From Nitrososphaeria archaeon (GTDB lineage Archaea > Thermoproteota > Nitrososphaeria > JACIWG01), in contig JBMFNX010000004.1 in NCBI GenBank assembly GCA_049969935.1, forward strand, positions 2,366 through 66,365: 64,000 bases of DNA. Direction: 5' to 3'. The translations under genes were made by a program, and so were the position numbers. Below are positions 49,257-59,969 of this stretch, in pieces. The notes below the pieces were generated by a model, which did no database searches, was not told where the DNA came from, and was given only the letters and a program-made list of their open reading frames with translations. Numbering within the stretch: the stretch's first letter is position 1; each line of letters opens with the position of its first letter.

Positions 49257-50468
49257 TTGGATAGAATGTTTTGGATTGCAAAGGAAGAGGAAATAAAGAA
49301 GGCTGAAACAACAGACGTCTACTTCTCTTACACGAAAAAGGTTCTAGAAAAATATGGACTGCATAAGAAGGTTATAATGGAAGTTTATGCAAGAAACCTG
49401 CCCTTCGAGGGAAACTGGGGTGTACTTTTAGGAGTACACGACTGTATAAAGCTCCTTGAAGGCTTACCCTTTAAAGTTAAAAGTATGTGCGAGGGGGAAA
49501 TATTTCAAGTTAATCCGAATTCGGTAGTATATGAGCCTGTAATGCAGATAGAATGCTATTACGACGACTTTTGCCTATACGAAAACCCACTACTTGGACT
49601 GCTCGCAGAAAACACTGGTATAGCTTCAAAGGCTGCAAGATACAGGCTTATTGCAGGAAAAAAGATACTTTTCAGCTTCGGTTCCAGAAGAATACATCCA
49701 GTCCTAGCGCCTGCCTCAGAAAGGGCAATATATATTGCGGGATTCGATGGCGTTTCAAACATTCTAGCAGCAAAACTTATTGGCATAAAACCAGTCGGTA
49801 CAATGCCACATGCCCTGATACAGGTATTCGGGGACCAGAAAGAGGCATGGAAGGCTTTCGATTCAACATTATCTGAGGATGTTCCAAGAATAGCCTTGAT
49901 AGACACATTCTATGATGAAAAGGCTGAAGCGATAATGGCTTTAGAAACGTTAGGAGAAAAACTTGCTGGAGTAAGACTGGATACACCACGTTCAAGAAGA
50001 GGGGAATGGAGGAAGATTATTGAGGAAGTTAGATGGGAACTGAATGTTAGAGGTGGAAAGAATGTTAAAATATTTGTTAGTGGAAGCATAGATGAGAAGC
50101 TTATTCAGGAACTTAGTGATATAGTTGACGGCTTCGGAGTAGGCGCTTCAGTAAGTGCAGCGCCACCAGTAGATTTTAGTGCAAAGATTGTCGCAATTGA
50201 AGTCGATGGCAAAATGAAGCCTGTTGCAAAAAGAGGGGACATTGGTGGTGCGAAAAGCGTTTACAGAGACTGGAATTCGTTCACAGACTATGTTACGCTG
50301 AAAGAGAGTAAGCCGCCTTCAGAAAAGTTCACTCCACTACTTGAGGACGTGATAGTTGATGGAGAGGTTGTTAAAGAGTTAGAAGACACTAGGAGGATAA
50401 GGGAAAAGGTTTTACAAAAAATTTCTATATTAAGAAGCGTGCAGCCAAAGATAGTTTATTCAGTCTAA
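49257..50468 (+). CDS. Nicotinate phosphoribosyltransferase family protein
   Basis: PRTase type II fold motifs incl. GTMPHA, SGSID; 403 aa. Confidence 0.6.
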   Translation: MDRMFWIAKEEEIKKAETTDVYFSYTKKVLEKYGLHKKVIMEVYARNLPFEGNWGVLLGVHDCIKLLEGLPFKVKSMCEGEIFQVNPNSVVYEPVMQIECYYDDFCLYENPLLGLLAENTGIASKAARYRLIAGKKILFSFGSRRIHPVLAPASERAIYIAGFDGVSNILAAKLIGIKPVGTMPHALIQVFGDQKEAWKAFDSTLSEDVPRIALIDTFYDEKAEAIMALETLGEKLAGVRLDTPRSRRGEWRKIIEEVRWELNVRGGKNVKIFVSGSIDEKLIQELSDIVDGFGVGASVSAAPPVDFSAKIVAIEVDGKMKPVAKRGDIGGAKSVYRDWNSFTDYVTLKESKPPSEKFTPLLEDVIVDGEVVKELEDTRRIREKVLQKISILRSVQPKIVYSV

Positions 50469-50498
50469 AAATTTAAATCAAAATTTAGTGAGAAAAGT

Positions 50499-51053
50499 AT
50501 GGTTCCAGAAAATGTGGGAAAAAGATATTTTGAGACGTCTCTAATAATAGTTTTTGGATCACTTTATGCTGTCACAGGATACTTTACCTTTTTTGGAATA
50601 AACTTTTATGGAGTAAGATTTTGGCCAGCGGTTGTAGTGCCTGCAGTAGCTGCGGTACTGTTTGGTGAAAAGGTTGGAGGCTGTTCAGCGGCTCTTGGAA
50701 TACTTGTTTCAGACATTCTAGCACATGGCATGCTTTTCTTAAGTCTAACGGTTGGTGTGCCATCAAATTTTATCGCATTCTATATTATAGGAAAGGTTTG
50801 CAGAAGATATAGTCTAAAAAGGTACATGATTTCGGCAACAATAGGGTTGGCTGTTGGTTCAATAGTAATTGGTTTAGGATTATTTTTGTGGAGTCAAGCG
50901 TTCCCACTACCATTTAACAGTCAAATTACACCATTAGCCTTTGAGGCAATATTCTCCATATCAGCCTGGACCTTTATTTCAGAAATACCATTCTTATATA
51001 TTCTTGTGCCACCATTGGTTAGGATGATAAAGGGTAGAGTGGGGAAAGTTTGA
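50499..51053 (+). CDS. ECF-transporter S-component-like membrane protein (possible pantothenate/vitamin uptake)
   Basis: 184 aa, 5-6 TM helices, Gly/Ala-rich helix (PAVAAVLFGEKVGG) typical of S components; 4-nt overlap with downstream PanK gene. Confidence 0.45.
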   Translation: MVPENVGKRYFETSLIIVFGSLYAVTGYFTFFGINFYGVRFWPAVVVPAVAAVLFGEKVGGCSAALGILVSDILAHGMLFLSLTVGVPSNFIAFYIIGKVCRRYSLKRYMISATIGLAVGSIVIGLGLFLWSQAFPLPFNSQITPLAFEAIFSISAWTFISEIPFLYILVPPLVRMIKGRVGKV

Positions 51054-51883
51054 TGCTCATAGCCGGCTTAGATATTGGTGGAAGTGTTACAAAGGGGGTT
51101 CTAGTTGATAATGAAAAAATTATAGCATACTCTGAAGTTCAAGCTTCTGATTCGATAACGTCAGCATTAGGGTGTCTGGGAAGACTTTTAGCTGACACAG
51201 GAATGAGGATAAGAGATCTGCGCAAGGTTGCGCTCACAGGCTCTATAACAAGGAGACTAAAGTTGGATATGATTGAAATAGATTATAGGATTGTTGATGA
51301 GATAGAGGCTATAGGCTTAGGTGGACTCTATCTTTCAGGAAAAAATGAGGCAATAGTTGTTAGTGTTGGAACTGGAACAGCCATAGTATACGCTAGAAAG
51401 TATGGGAAAGAGTATAGTGTAGAACATTTAGGTGGGACAGGAGTTGGTGGAGGAACAATAGCAGGATTGGGAAAACTTCTTCTCAAAAAAGATTATCCTT
51501 CAAACATTTTCAAGGAAGCTTTAGGAGGAGACCTTTCTAGAGTAAACTTGCAGGTTAGGGATATAGTGGGTGGACCGATAGGGAGAATTCCAGCTGAAGC
51601 AACAGCATCAAATTTTGGTAAAGTCGGGGACGAGACTAGATCTGAGGACATTGCTTTAGGGCTGATTACAATGATAGCTGAAGTGATTGCAACTATAGCA
51701 TACTTTGCCGCTAAACAAAAGAGTTTAGAGGAAAATATAATATTTGTGGGAAAGCTACCGTCCCAGGAAATATTTTCGAAAAGGCTTTTGGACACCTTGA
51801 ATGTATTAGGTGGAAAGGCGGTTATACCAAAAAATGCTGAGTATGCGACAGCAATAGGAGCGGCTAAGGCTTTAAAAGTATAG
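51050..51883 (+). CDS. Type II (fumble/eukaryotic-type) pantothenate kinase
   Basis: Collinear with Staphylococcus-type CoaA: GLDIGGSVTKGV, VSVGTGTAIVY, HLGGTGVGGGTIAGLG, ATASNFGKV, EYATAIGAA; 277 aa. Confidence 0.65.
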   Translation: MMLIAGLDIGGSVTKGVLVDNEKIIAYSEVQASDSITSALGCLGRLLADTGMRIRDLRKVALTGSITRRLKLDMIEIDYRIVDEIEAIGLGGLYLSGKNEAIVVSVGTGTAIVYARKYGKEYSVEHLGGTGVGGGTIAGLGKLLLKKDYPSNIFKEALGGDLSRVNLQVRDIVGGPIGRIPAEATASNFGKVGDETRSEDIALGLITMIAEVIATIAYFAAKQKSLEENIIFVGKLPSQEIFSKRLLDTLNVLGGKAVIPKNAEYATAIGAAKALKV

Positions 51884-52588
51884 CTAATGAACTATCGTCT
51901 GCTTATATTTTTCTATACTATCATAGACTATGTTTCCCACAACAATGGTAGCATACTTGCTCATAATTTCAGCCTTTTCTCTACCATCTATTCCCCCACC
52001 ATAGAATAGGTGAGAGTAGCACAGATTTTCTTTAACAGCCTTAACAACGTTTGGGTCACCAAAACGGCCACTATATTCTATGTAAACGATTGGAGCATGC
52101 ATGATTCTATCAGCGTAAACTGCATGCGACAGAATCTGTTCCAACGACAAGTCAGTAATACTTTTTGTTAACCTTGCTACAGCACAATCTGGATTTAATA
52201 TAATATAGGCTTCTATAACAATCTTATCCCATGGAATGTTTTTAAAGTCTCCAAAAACATTTTTCATACTATTAATCCAGGCAACATGGGCGCCGCCAGA
52301 CCACCATTTCTCGTTAGTGTTCAATATTAGTGGCACAAAAAAGTAGTCGAAAGAGAAGTCTACAGCATCGGACTTTGAAGGCTCAAGTAGAATAGGAATA
52401 TTTGCACCCTCAAGCATCCTTTTCAGCCTTCTAACCTTATCTAAAGTAATACCCTGTGTACCTCCCACAAGTATAGCGTCAGTACCGTTTTCAAGCACTG
52501 CCTTAACTATTTCTCGAGTATTATTTTTATCTGGGTCAAGTTTTGTAACATGCTTCCACCTTCTCCAAGGACATTCAAGCGACAACAT
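51884..52588 (-). CDS. Geranylgeranylglyceryl phosphate synthase (PcrB family)
   Basis: WKHVTKLDPDK, ILVGGTQG, YGGGI; 234 aa. Confidence 0.8.
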   Translation of the reverse strand: MLSLECPWRRWKHVTKLDPDKNNTREIVKAVLENGTDAILVGGTQGITLDKVRRLKRMLEGANIPILLEPSKSDAVDFSFDYFFVPLILNTNEKWWSGGAHVAWINSMKNVFGDFKNIPWDKIVIEAYIILNPDCAVARLTKSITDLSLEQILSHAVYADRIMHAPIVYIEYSGRFGDPNVVKAVKENLCYSHLFYGGGIDGREKAEIMSKYATIVVGNIVYDSIEKYKQTIVH

Positions 52589-52678
52589 ACTTACACGCGT
52601 ACACCAAATATTCTAAAATAGTTAAACTTTTAAACTTAATTCCAGTATAATATAATGTTCTAGTATACGGTAAGGGTT

Positions 52679-53977
52679 ATGGGAGAAAAAGATAAGGTGC
52701 TGCCAGAGAATGTGAAGAGAATGTTTGAGGATACTGGAATTTCTTTTAGAGGAAAATTTTCTTCAATATGCATATACTGTAGGGGGGGAAGAAACTTATG
52801 TGGTAAAAGAGTTTGCCCTATAACGTTAAAGGCTATGGCTCTTCTAAAAATTTCTAAACCAGTCGTATCACAGAACATTTACGGGTCATCACCACCATCT
52901 GTTTTCGTTGGAAGATACGGGTATCCTAAGGTTTTTGTTGGACCAATGATTCCACCATTTTCAGGAGACACGGTGGTAATGGATTTACCTGAAGCATGGA
53001 TTGGAACACCTGTTGAAAAGATAGTGGAGTACAGGTATTCTCTTCTTAGAGGGAAAAGTTTAGCTTCTATAGAGGACGCTTGGAAGGGTGGACGCTTAAT
53101 AGAATCATTACATGAGCTTGCAATGAGCGAAAGACCTGTTGATGCTGAAGTCGAGTTTGAGAAGGCGCCTTCAGGAAACATATTCTTAGACGATAATTCT
53201 CAACCATTTGGTCCCGGAGCACCAATGAAGAAGCTTAAACTTTACAGTTTACCCTCTTCTAATAGGAAGATTGAAAAACTATACTATGATACTGACCTAC
53301 TTTCCTATAAAGCGGTTTGGGAACTCTATAGTTCCGGAGTTGAAGTTAGTAGGATACAGAGGGCCTTTAGTGTAGGCATGTTTGGTTTAAAAAGGAATAG
53401 GAAACTTGTTCCAACAAGATGGAGTATTACTGCAGTTGACAGTATAATTTCAGGCCAGTTAATAGAGAAGATAAAACAGTATGATACTGTGGACAAGTAT
53501 ATGCTCTACAGCTACAGGTACATGGACAATATTTTTGCAGCACTACTTTTTCCACAAAAATGGAGTTTCGAGTGGATGGAAGCATGGTTTCCTGGAACGT
53601 TCTGGAACCAAAATTCTTTGCAGGTGGATGTTGGAGGAGATTCTGAAGGATACAGGGGACGTACAACTTATCCAGGAATTGGAGGATGCTATTATGCTTC
53701 AAGGCTGGCTACAGTAGAGTTTTTGGATAGGATAAGAAGACAGGCTACAGCCTTGGTTTTGAGAGAAATACATCCACAGTTTCCATTACCGCTTGGAGTA
53801 TGGTTTGTAAGAGAATGTGTTAGAAGAATGTTTAACCAGAAACCTCAGACTTTCGAAGACATGTATGAGGCATTAGACGGACTATCAAAAACTTTAACAG
53901 TGCCACTTAAAAAATGGATTTTAAAAAGTGATATATTAAAAGAGTGCATTTTCCAGAGGAAGATAACAGAGTTCTAA
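52679..53977 (+). CDS. NreA-like archaeal DNA-repair protein (DUF650/651) with C-terminal PIP-like motif
   Basis: N-terminal Cys cluster CIYCRGGRNLCGKRVC, about 430 aa; extreme C-terminus QRKITEF resembles a PCNA-interacting peptide. Confidence 0.45.
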   Translation: MGEKDKVLPENVKRMFEDTGISFRGKFSSICIYCRGGRNLCGKRVCPITLKAMALLKISKPVVSQNIYGSSPPSVFVGRYGYPKVFVGPMIPPFSGDTVVMDLPEAWIGTPVEKIVEYRYSLLRGKSLASIEDAWKGGRLIESLHELAMSERPVDAEVEFEKAPSGNIFLDDNSQPFGPGAPMKKLKLYSLPSSNRKIEKLYYDTDLLSYKAVWELYSSGVEVSRIQRAFSVGMFGLKRNRKLVPTRWSITAVDSIISGQLIEKIKQYDTVDKYMLYSYRYMDNIFAALLFPQKWSFEWMEAWFPGTFWNQNSLQVDVGGDSEGYRGRTTYPGIGGCYYASRLATVEFLDRIRRQATALVLREIHPQFPLPLGVWFVRECVRRMFNQKPQTFEDMYEALDGLSKTLTVPLKKWILKSDILKECIFQRKITEF

Positions 53978-54132
53978 AGCGAAAAATTAGAATAAAAAAT
54001 ATGGCATATAAAAATGTTTTTTATGAAATAAATGTTGTGAAAGGTTGAAATTTTAGAGTATCATAAATGGTGCCAAAATTCTTGGTTGTAAAAGAAAATC
54101 TTTTAAAGGCAAAAAAATATTTTTTTTAACAG

Positions 54133-54939
54133 TTGAATAGTATAGTACAGTATAGGAGGATAAAATGTAAGAGTGCTGTTTCCAAAAGTACACTACCGGG
54201 ACTAGATTATACTATAAACCCATACCTTGGCTGCGAACATGGATGCATATACTGTTATGTGCCAGATGTATTGAGAAGTAAAGAGTTTCAGAATGGTTGG
54301 GGGACAATAGTTTATGCAAAAGAGAATATTGTTGAAGCGCTATTAAAGCAAGTTAGGGCAATAAGGCCTGGAGTTATTGGATACAGTACTGTTACAGACC
54401 CCTATCAGCCATATGAGAAAAGGATGTGTTTTGCTAGAAAGATAATAGAAACACTATTAAGCTACAGGTTTAGAATTTCATTTCAAACAAAGTCTTCGTT
54501 AATTTTAAGAGACATAGACGTAATAGGGGGAGATAATGTGGAAGTAGGCTTTACAATAACATCATTGGATAAAGAGTTTACAAAAAAATTTGAGCCAAAC
54601 TCTTCACTTCCAGAAGAAAGGGTCCAGGCTCTTGAAACATTTTCTGAAAAGGGGGTTAAAACTTGGATATTTTATGGCCCAATCATATGCGGATTCAACG
54701 ACAGCGATGAAAATATACATGATCTCGTTAATTTAGCCAAAAAAACTAGAAGCCACATATTGTATGATAAGATAAGGCTTAAACCTATACTTTCTAAGAG
54801 AATGGAAAAAGTTTTAGGTGAAAAAGTTTTCGAAGAAATTAAAAGGGGAGATTTAGAAAAGCATTTTAGGAAAGCATATTATAAGGTTATAAAATTGGGT
54901 AAAGAATATGGTGTGAAGGTTGAGCCAGCTTTCACGTGA
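54133..54939 (+). CDS. SPL/SplB-like radical SAM DNA-repair-photolyase family protein (COG1533)
   Basis: INPYLGCEHGCIYCYV radical SAM motif in the SPL-family context; 268 aa. Confidence 0.6.
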   Translation: MNSIVQYRRIKCKSAVSKSTLPGLDYTINPYLGCEHGCIYCYVPDVLRSKEFQNGWGTIVYAKENIVEALLKQVRAIRPGVIGYSTVTDPYQPYEKRMCFARKIIETLLSYRFRISFQTKSSLILRDIDVIGGDNVEVGFTITSLDKEFTKKFEPNSSLPEERVQALETFSEKGVKTWIFYGPIICGFNDSDENIHDLVNLAKKTRSHILYDKIRLKPILSKRMEKVLGEKVFEEIKRGDLEKHFRKAYYKVIKLGKEYGVKVEPAFT

Positions 54940-55436
54940 GAGTGTTTGGTTTGAGTGGAAAGTCTGAAAAGTATAGGGTTGTTGTCATAGGACCTCTGAT
55001 TTTAGCTATACTACCACAGCTGCTAATACATTACTTGGATAAAAGGAACCTAGCCTTTTCCCTCACAAGAGATAATGTTATGGGATTTTTGGGAACACTT
55101 TTTGTTGGAATATGGATAGGGTTAAGCATAATTTTTACAAAATATCTTTGGATCTTTTCATACATAATATTCTTTATTCTAATAGGCGCATATGGAATGC
55201 TAATAATCTTTAACACGTATGTTGAGGGAATAGTTTTTATTAGGAAAAAATGTAATAGTTGCAAGTTTAGGAACCTTATAATAGACCATGAGCGAATACA
55301 TTTGGGCTCAAATGTTTCAGAGGAGAAGGTGTGGGAGATGTTGAAAAAAGTTTATACGGCGCAAGAGTTTGACGTCTACGAGAATGGTACAATATGTGAC
55401 TACTGTCCAATACCAGCACATTTGATAGAAGAGTAA
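54936..55436 (+). CDS. Small membrane protein with C-terminal Cys4 zinc-ribbon-like motif
   Basis: Three hydrophobic helices then CNSC...CDYCP; GTG start overlapping upstream gene, true start may be internal. Confidence 0.35.
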   Translation: MRVFGLSGKSEKYRVVVIGPLILAILPQLLIHYLDKRNLAFSLTRDNVMGFLGTLFVGIWIGLSIIFTKYLWIFSYIIFFILIGAYGMLIIFNTYVEGIVFIRKKCNSCKFRNLIIDHERIHLGSNVSEEKVWEMLKKVYTAQEFDVYENGTICDYCPIPAHLIEE

Positions 55437-55450
55437 TGGAGTGGATTTAA

Positions 55451-57250
55451 TTGGTTCACAGGATAGCTGTAATCGATAAAGAATTATGTAATCCTAAAAA
55501 ATGTCCATACATTTGTGTAAACGTTTGCCCAATAAATAGAATGCGTAAGGAAACAGTTAAAAGGGGGGAAGACGGTTTCCCCGTTATCAGTGAAATACTC
55601 TGCACAGGATGCGGTATTTGTGTTAAAAGATGCCCCTTTAAGGCAATATCAATAGTAAACTTGGCTGAAGAGCTTTCAGAAGAAAAGATACACCAGTATG
55701 GTCCAAACAGTTATCGCCTCTACAGGCTTCCATCTCCCAAAGAGAGGACGGTTATAGGCCTTCTTGGAAGAAATGGTGTGGGAAAGTCTACGGTAATAAA
55801 CATATTATCTGGGCTTCTTAAGCCTAATCTTGGAAGAATTCCTGAGCCGTCATGGGATGAGGTGATAGAATATTTTAAGGGTACAGCATTAAAGGAGCAT
55901 TTTGAAAAAATTGCATCAGACGAGTTAAGGGTAAGTGTTAAGCCTCAGGCAGTATACAATCTGGCGAATGTATGGTCAGGTGATGGTTTAACACTATTGC
56001 ACATGATGGACCAACGTAATATAATGAAGGAGCTTATTTCAAAACTTAATCTAGAGAACGCTATAAGCAGGCCTGTTTCCCAATTGAGTGGAGGAGAGCT
56101 TCAGAGGCTTTCTATAGCCGTGGCAGCTGCAAAGGATGCTGACATATACTTTTTTGATGAACCATCATCCTACAATGATGTATACCAGAGGCTTGCTGTA
56201 GCAGAAGTTATAATGGATGTAGCAAAGACTGGAAAATGTGTCTTTGTTGTCGAACACGATTTAACCATCCTAGACTACCTGTGTGACCAAGTTCACATAA
56301 TATATGGTGAACCTGGAGTTTACGGTGTTGTTTCCGGTATAATGTCAACGAGAGCTGGAATAAACGCTTTCTTGGACGGATATCTTCCAGAAGAAAATGT
56401 TAGATTTAGAGATAAAAAGATAAACTTTGATGTTTATGCGCCGAAAGAGGATAAGATTGATACAGTACCACTGCTTGAATATAGTGAGCTGGAAAAAAGC
56501 TATGGAAGCTTCAGGTTAAAGGTTGCTCAAGGAAACCTAAGGCTTGGTGAAGTGGTCGGTGTTGTTGGAGCGAACGCGCTTGGTAAGACAACCTTCCTGA
56601 AAATGTTGGCGGGTGTGGAAAAGCCTGACAGTGGTAAAATTTCATCATTGTCTAAAATTTCCTATAAGCCACAGTATCTTTCTCCACCAAAGGGATTCCA
56701 GTACGTTAAAGAGCTTCTGGACCACGTGTGTGGAAAAGATGTTACAGCAGTACCAGAATTTAATGAGATAATTGTTCCACTTCATGTGGACAAACTTTTT
56801 GAAAAGGAAATTTCAAAATTAAGTGGTGGAGAGCTTCAAAAGGTGGCTGTGGCCGCAGCACTTTTGCAAAATGCAGACATTTACGCCCTAGACGAGCCTT
56901 CAGCCTTCATCGATGCCGAAGACAGGGTTGAACTTGCGAAAATAATACAAAGGTATATTCGTTTAAAGAGTAAGACGGCTATAGTTGTAGACCACGATGT
57001 CCAGTTGATAGACATTATTTCCGATAGGATGATCATATTCAGTGGCACACCTTCTGTATCAGGTTTTGCGGGAAAACCTTCTAACAAAGAAGATGGAATG
57101 AATAGTTTCCTTAAAACACTTCAGATAACATATAGAAGGGATTTATCTACTGGGAGGCCTAGAATAAACAAGCCTGGAAGCAAACTTGATAGACAGCAGA
57201 AGGAGGAGGGAAGATACTATTATCTTACAAGATTGGAGGAAAAAGAGTAA
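55451..57250 (+). CDS. ABCE1 (RNase L inhibitor / ribosome-recycling ATPase)
   Basis: N-terminal double 4Fe-4S ferredoxin (CNPKKCPYICVNVCP; CTGCGICVKRCP), two ABC cassettes with LSGGELQ signatures; 599 aa. Confidence 0.9.
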   Translation: MVHRIAVIDKELCNPKKCPYICVNVCPINRMRKETVKRGEDGFPVISEILCTGCGICVKRCPFKAISIVNLAEELSEEKIHQYGPNSYRLYRLPSPKERTVIGLLGRNGVGKSTVINILSGLLKPNLGRIPEPSWDEVIEYFKGTALKEHFEKIASDELRVSVKPQAVYNLANVWSGDGLTLLHMMDQRNIMKELISKLNLENAISRPVSQLSGGELQRLSIAVAAAKDADIYFFDEPSSYNDVYQRLAVAEVIMDVAKTGKCVFVVEHDLTILDYLCDQVHIIYGEPGVYGVVSGIMSTRAGINAFLDGYLPEENVRFRDKKINFDVYAPKEDKIDTVPLLEYSELEKSYGSFRLKVAQGNLRLGEVVGVVGANALGKTTFLKMLAGVEKPDSGKISSLSKISYKPQYLSPPKGFQYVKELLDHVCGKDVTAVPEFNEIIVPLHVDKLFEKEISKLSGGELQKVAVAAALLQNADIYALDEPSAFIDAEDRVELAKIIQRYIRLKSKTAIVVDHDVQLIDIISDRMIIFSGTPSVSGFAGKPSNKEDGMNSFLKTLQITYRRDLSTGRPRINKPGSKLDRQQKEEGRYYYLTRLEEKE

Positions 57251-57311
57251 ATTTTTTACAAAACTTTATAAATACAGGGTTTGCTCGAGGAACACAAAAG
57301 TGTAACATGAT

Positions 57312-58163
57312 TTGAGTAGACTTATTAAGAAGATATTGGCGGATAAACTTTCACCAGAAGAATTGAATGAGGTTATTTCAGGCTTTGATATTATAGGAGA
57401 TATAGCAGTATTAAAGATTCCAGACAGACTTTTATCTAAAAAATATTTGATTGCGAAAACATTATTGGATAATGTTAAAAGTATCAGATGTGTTTTTAGA
57501 CAGGTTTCTCCAGTGTCAGGAGAATATCGGCTTATGGAGCTCGAACATTTGGCTGGAGAAGATAGGACCTTTACAGAATATAGGGAAAGTGGATGCAGAT
57601 TTTATGTCGACATTGCAAAAGTATACTTTTCTCCAAGATTGTCTGGTGAAAGATTACGTATAGCAAACCTTGTTAAAGACAATGAGGTAATCGTTAACAT
57701 GTTTGCTGGCGTTGGAACATTTTCTATAGTAATTGCTAAAAAGCGTAAGACAACAAGACATTATGCGATTGACTTGAACCCTGACGCTTACCAGCTTATT
57801 CTAAAGAACGCTTACCTGAATAAGGTTGAGGATAGGGTTACAGCATTTCTGGGGGACGCGGGAAGGATAATAGAATATTATTTAAGCGGATGCGCTGACA
57901 GAGTACTTATGCCCTACCCTGAAAGGGCTCTAGAATATTTTCCCTTCGCCCTAAAAGCTTTGAAGGAAGATGGTGGAACAGTACACGTTTACCTTCATGT
58001 AAAAAGTAAGCCTATTGAAGAGGTTATTGAAGAAGTTTTGCCCAAACTTGATTTTGGAAAAAAATTTGTAGTCGAAGATGTTAGTGGAAGAGTTGTCAGA
58101 GAGGTTGGGCCAAGAATAGATCAGGTGGTGCTGGATATTAGGCTTAGAAAGGTGGAAGACTAA
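57312..58163 (+). CDS. tRNA methyltransferase, Trm5/Taw2 (Met-10+) family
   Basis: NMFAGVGTFSI SAM-binding motif, DLNPDA; TTG start; 283 aa. Confidence 0.65.
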   Translation: MSRLIKKILADKLSPEELNEVISGFDIIGDIAVLKIPDRLLSKKYLIAKTLLDNVKSIRCVFRQVSPVSGEYRLMELEHLAGEDRTFTEYRESGCRFYVDIAKVYFSPRLSGERLRIANLVKDNEVIVNMFAGVGTFSIVIAKKRKTTRHYAIDLNPDAYQLILKNAYLNKVEDRVTAFLGDAGRIIEYYLSGCADRVLMPYPERALEYFPFALKALKEDGGTVHVYLHVKSKPIEEVIEEVLPKLDFGKKFVVEDVSGRVVREVGPRIDQVVLDIRLRKVED

Positions 58164-58164
58164 A

Positions 58165-58223
58165 TTTAAACAAAATTTATAAACACGAGTTTTATAGGGT
58201 TTCTGGATTTTGGTGAGAAAATT
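58165..58223 (+). promoter_or_regulatory. Putative thermosome promoter (TATA-like TTTATAAA / TTTTATAG) with GGTGA SD-like element 8 nt upstream of ATG
   Basis: AT-rich boxes 30-46 nt upstream of ATG at 58224. Confidence 0.3.
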
Positions 58224-59885
58224 ATGTCTACAACAGCAATACCTGCGGTAACCTCTACTGGGCAACCCGTTCTAATACTAAAAGAGGGTACAGCCCAGAC
58301 GAGAGGTAAGGAGGCGCAGAGAAACAATATTCTTGCAGCAAAACTTGTTGGAGAAATTGTTAGGACTTCACTTGGACCACGTGGCATGGACAAGATGCTT
58401 GTCGACAGCCTCGGCGATGTCACAGTTACAAACGATGGTGCAACAATATTGAAGGAGATAGATGTACAGCATCCAGCCGCTAAAGCCATGGTAGAAATTT
58501 CTAAGGCAACAGATAACGAGGTAGGTGATGGAACAACCTCTGCAGTAGTGTTGGCGTCAGCGCTGCTAGAGAAGGCTGAAGAGCTTTTGGATAAGGATGT
58601 TCACCCGACAGTCATAGTTGACGGCTACAAGAAGGCAGCTGAGAAGGCTAAAGAGATACTATCGTCTATAGCTATAAAGGTTGATCCAAAGGATAGAGAA
58701 TGGTTAAATAAGATTGCTAAAACAAGCATGGCCACAAAGCTCGTTTCATCTGAAGGAAAATATTTGGCGACACTGGTTGTTGACGCACTGCTTCTAGTTG
58801 CAGAAGAACAGAATGGTAAGCTTAAGGTTGACATCGACGACGTAAAGGTTGAAAAGAAGCCTGGTGGAAGCATAACAGACAGCAAACTTATTCAGGGAAT
58901 AGTACTTGATAAGGAGGTTGTTCACAGTGGCATGCCTAAGAGGGTTACCAATGCCAAGATTGCATTACTAAACTGTCCACTAGAGATTGAGAAGACAGAG
59001 TTTGATGCAAAGATAAACATAAACAATCCAGAACAGATCAAAATGTTCTTGGATGAAGAAAACAGAATGTTAAGGGAAATGGTTGAGAAGATTGCTTCAA
59101 CAGGAGCTAATGTTGTAATATGCCAGAAGGGTATAGATGACATAGCACAACACTATCTAGCAAAAGCAGGAATACTTGCAGTAAGAAGGGCGAAAGAAAG
59201 TGACATGACAAAGCTTGCTAAGGCTACAGGAGGAAGAGTTGTAACAAGCCTAGAAGAATTAAGTTCAAGCGATCTAGGATACGCTGAACTAGTTGAAGAA
59301 AGAAGAGTGGAGGAGGACAAGTGGGTTTTCGTTGAAGGATGCAAGAACCCCAAGGCAGTAACAATATTCTTGAGAGGGGGGACACAGAGGATCGTTGACG
59401 AATGTGAAAGGTCCGTGCACGATGCACTATGTGTTGTTAGAGATGTAATGCATAAGCCATATATTGTTGTAGGAGCTGGAGCCCCTGAAGCTGAAGTAGC
59501 TTCAAGACTATTTGATTGGGCTCAGACACTTTCTGGAAGAGAGCAGCTTGCAGTACAGAAGTTTGCTGAAGCAGTTGAATCAATACCATTGGCTTTAGCT
59601 GAAAACGCTGGAATGGATCCCATAGACACACTAGTAGAATTAAGGGCGAGACATAGTAAGGGAGAAAAGACTGCTGGAGTCAATGCAGTAGAGGGAAAGA
59701 TAGAGGATGCTACAAAATTTGAAGTGTACGAGCCATTAGCGGTAAAGGAACAGGTACTCGCAGCCGCAACAGAAGCTGCAACAATGATATTGAGAATAGA
59801 CGATATTATAGCCGCAAGTAGGATGAAGGAAACGCCATCGAGAGGTAGGGGTGGAGAAGGCGGAGAAATGCCTCCGATGGAATAG
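58224..59885 (+). CDS. ths: Thermosome subunit (group II chaperonin)
   Basis: [27 protein letters not shown]-terminal GGEM..PPME tail; 553 aa. Confidence 0.9.
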   Translation: MSTTAIPAVTSTGQPVLILKEGTAQTRGKEAQRNNILAAKLVGEIVRTSLGPRGMDKMLVDSLGDVTVTNDGATILKEIDVQHPAAKAMVEISKATDNEVGDGTTSAVVLASALLEKAEELLDKDVHPTVIVDGYKKAAEKAKEILSSIAIKVDPKDREWLNKIAKTSMATKLVSSEGKYLATLVVDALLLVAEEQNGKLKVDIDDVKVEKKPGGSITDSKLIQGIVLDKEVVHSGMPKRVTNAKIALLNCPLEIEKTEFDAKININNPEQIKMFLDEENRMLREMVEKIASTGANVVICQKGIDDIAQHYLAKAGILAVRRAKESDMTKLAKATGGRVVTSLEELSSSDLGYAELVEERRVEEDKWVFVEGCKNPKAVTIFLRGGTQRIVDECERSVHDALCVVRDVMHKPYIVVGAGAPEAEVASRLFDWAQTLSGREQLAVQKFAEAVESIPLALAENAGMDPIDTLVELRARHSKGEKTAGVNAVEGKIEDATKFEVYEPLAVKEQVLAAATEAATMILRIDDIIAASRMKETPSRGRGGEGGEMPPME

Positions 59886-59895
59886 AAGCTTTCCT

Positions 59896-59925
59896 TCCCT
59901 TTATTTTATTTTTTAAAATTCTCTT
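59896..59925 (+). terminator. Oligo-T tract downstream of thermosome gene (archaeal intrinsic terminator candidate)
   Basis: CCCTTTATTTTATTTTTTAAAATT immediately after stop codon. Confidence 0.3.
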
Positions 59926-59969
59926 ATATCTAGAAAATTTTTTAAGAAGGAGCTTATAGTCTCATAAGC

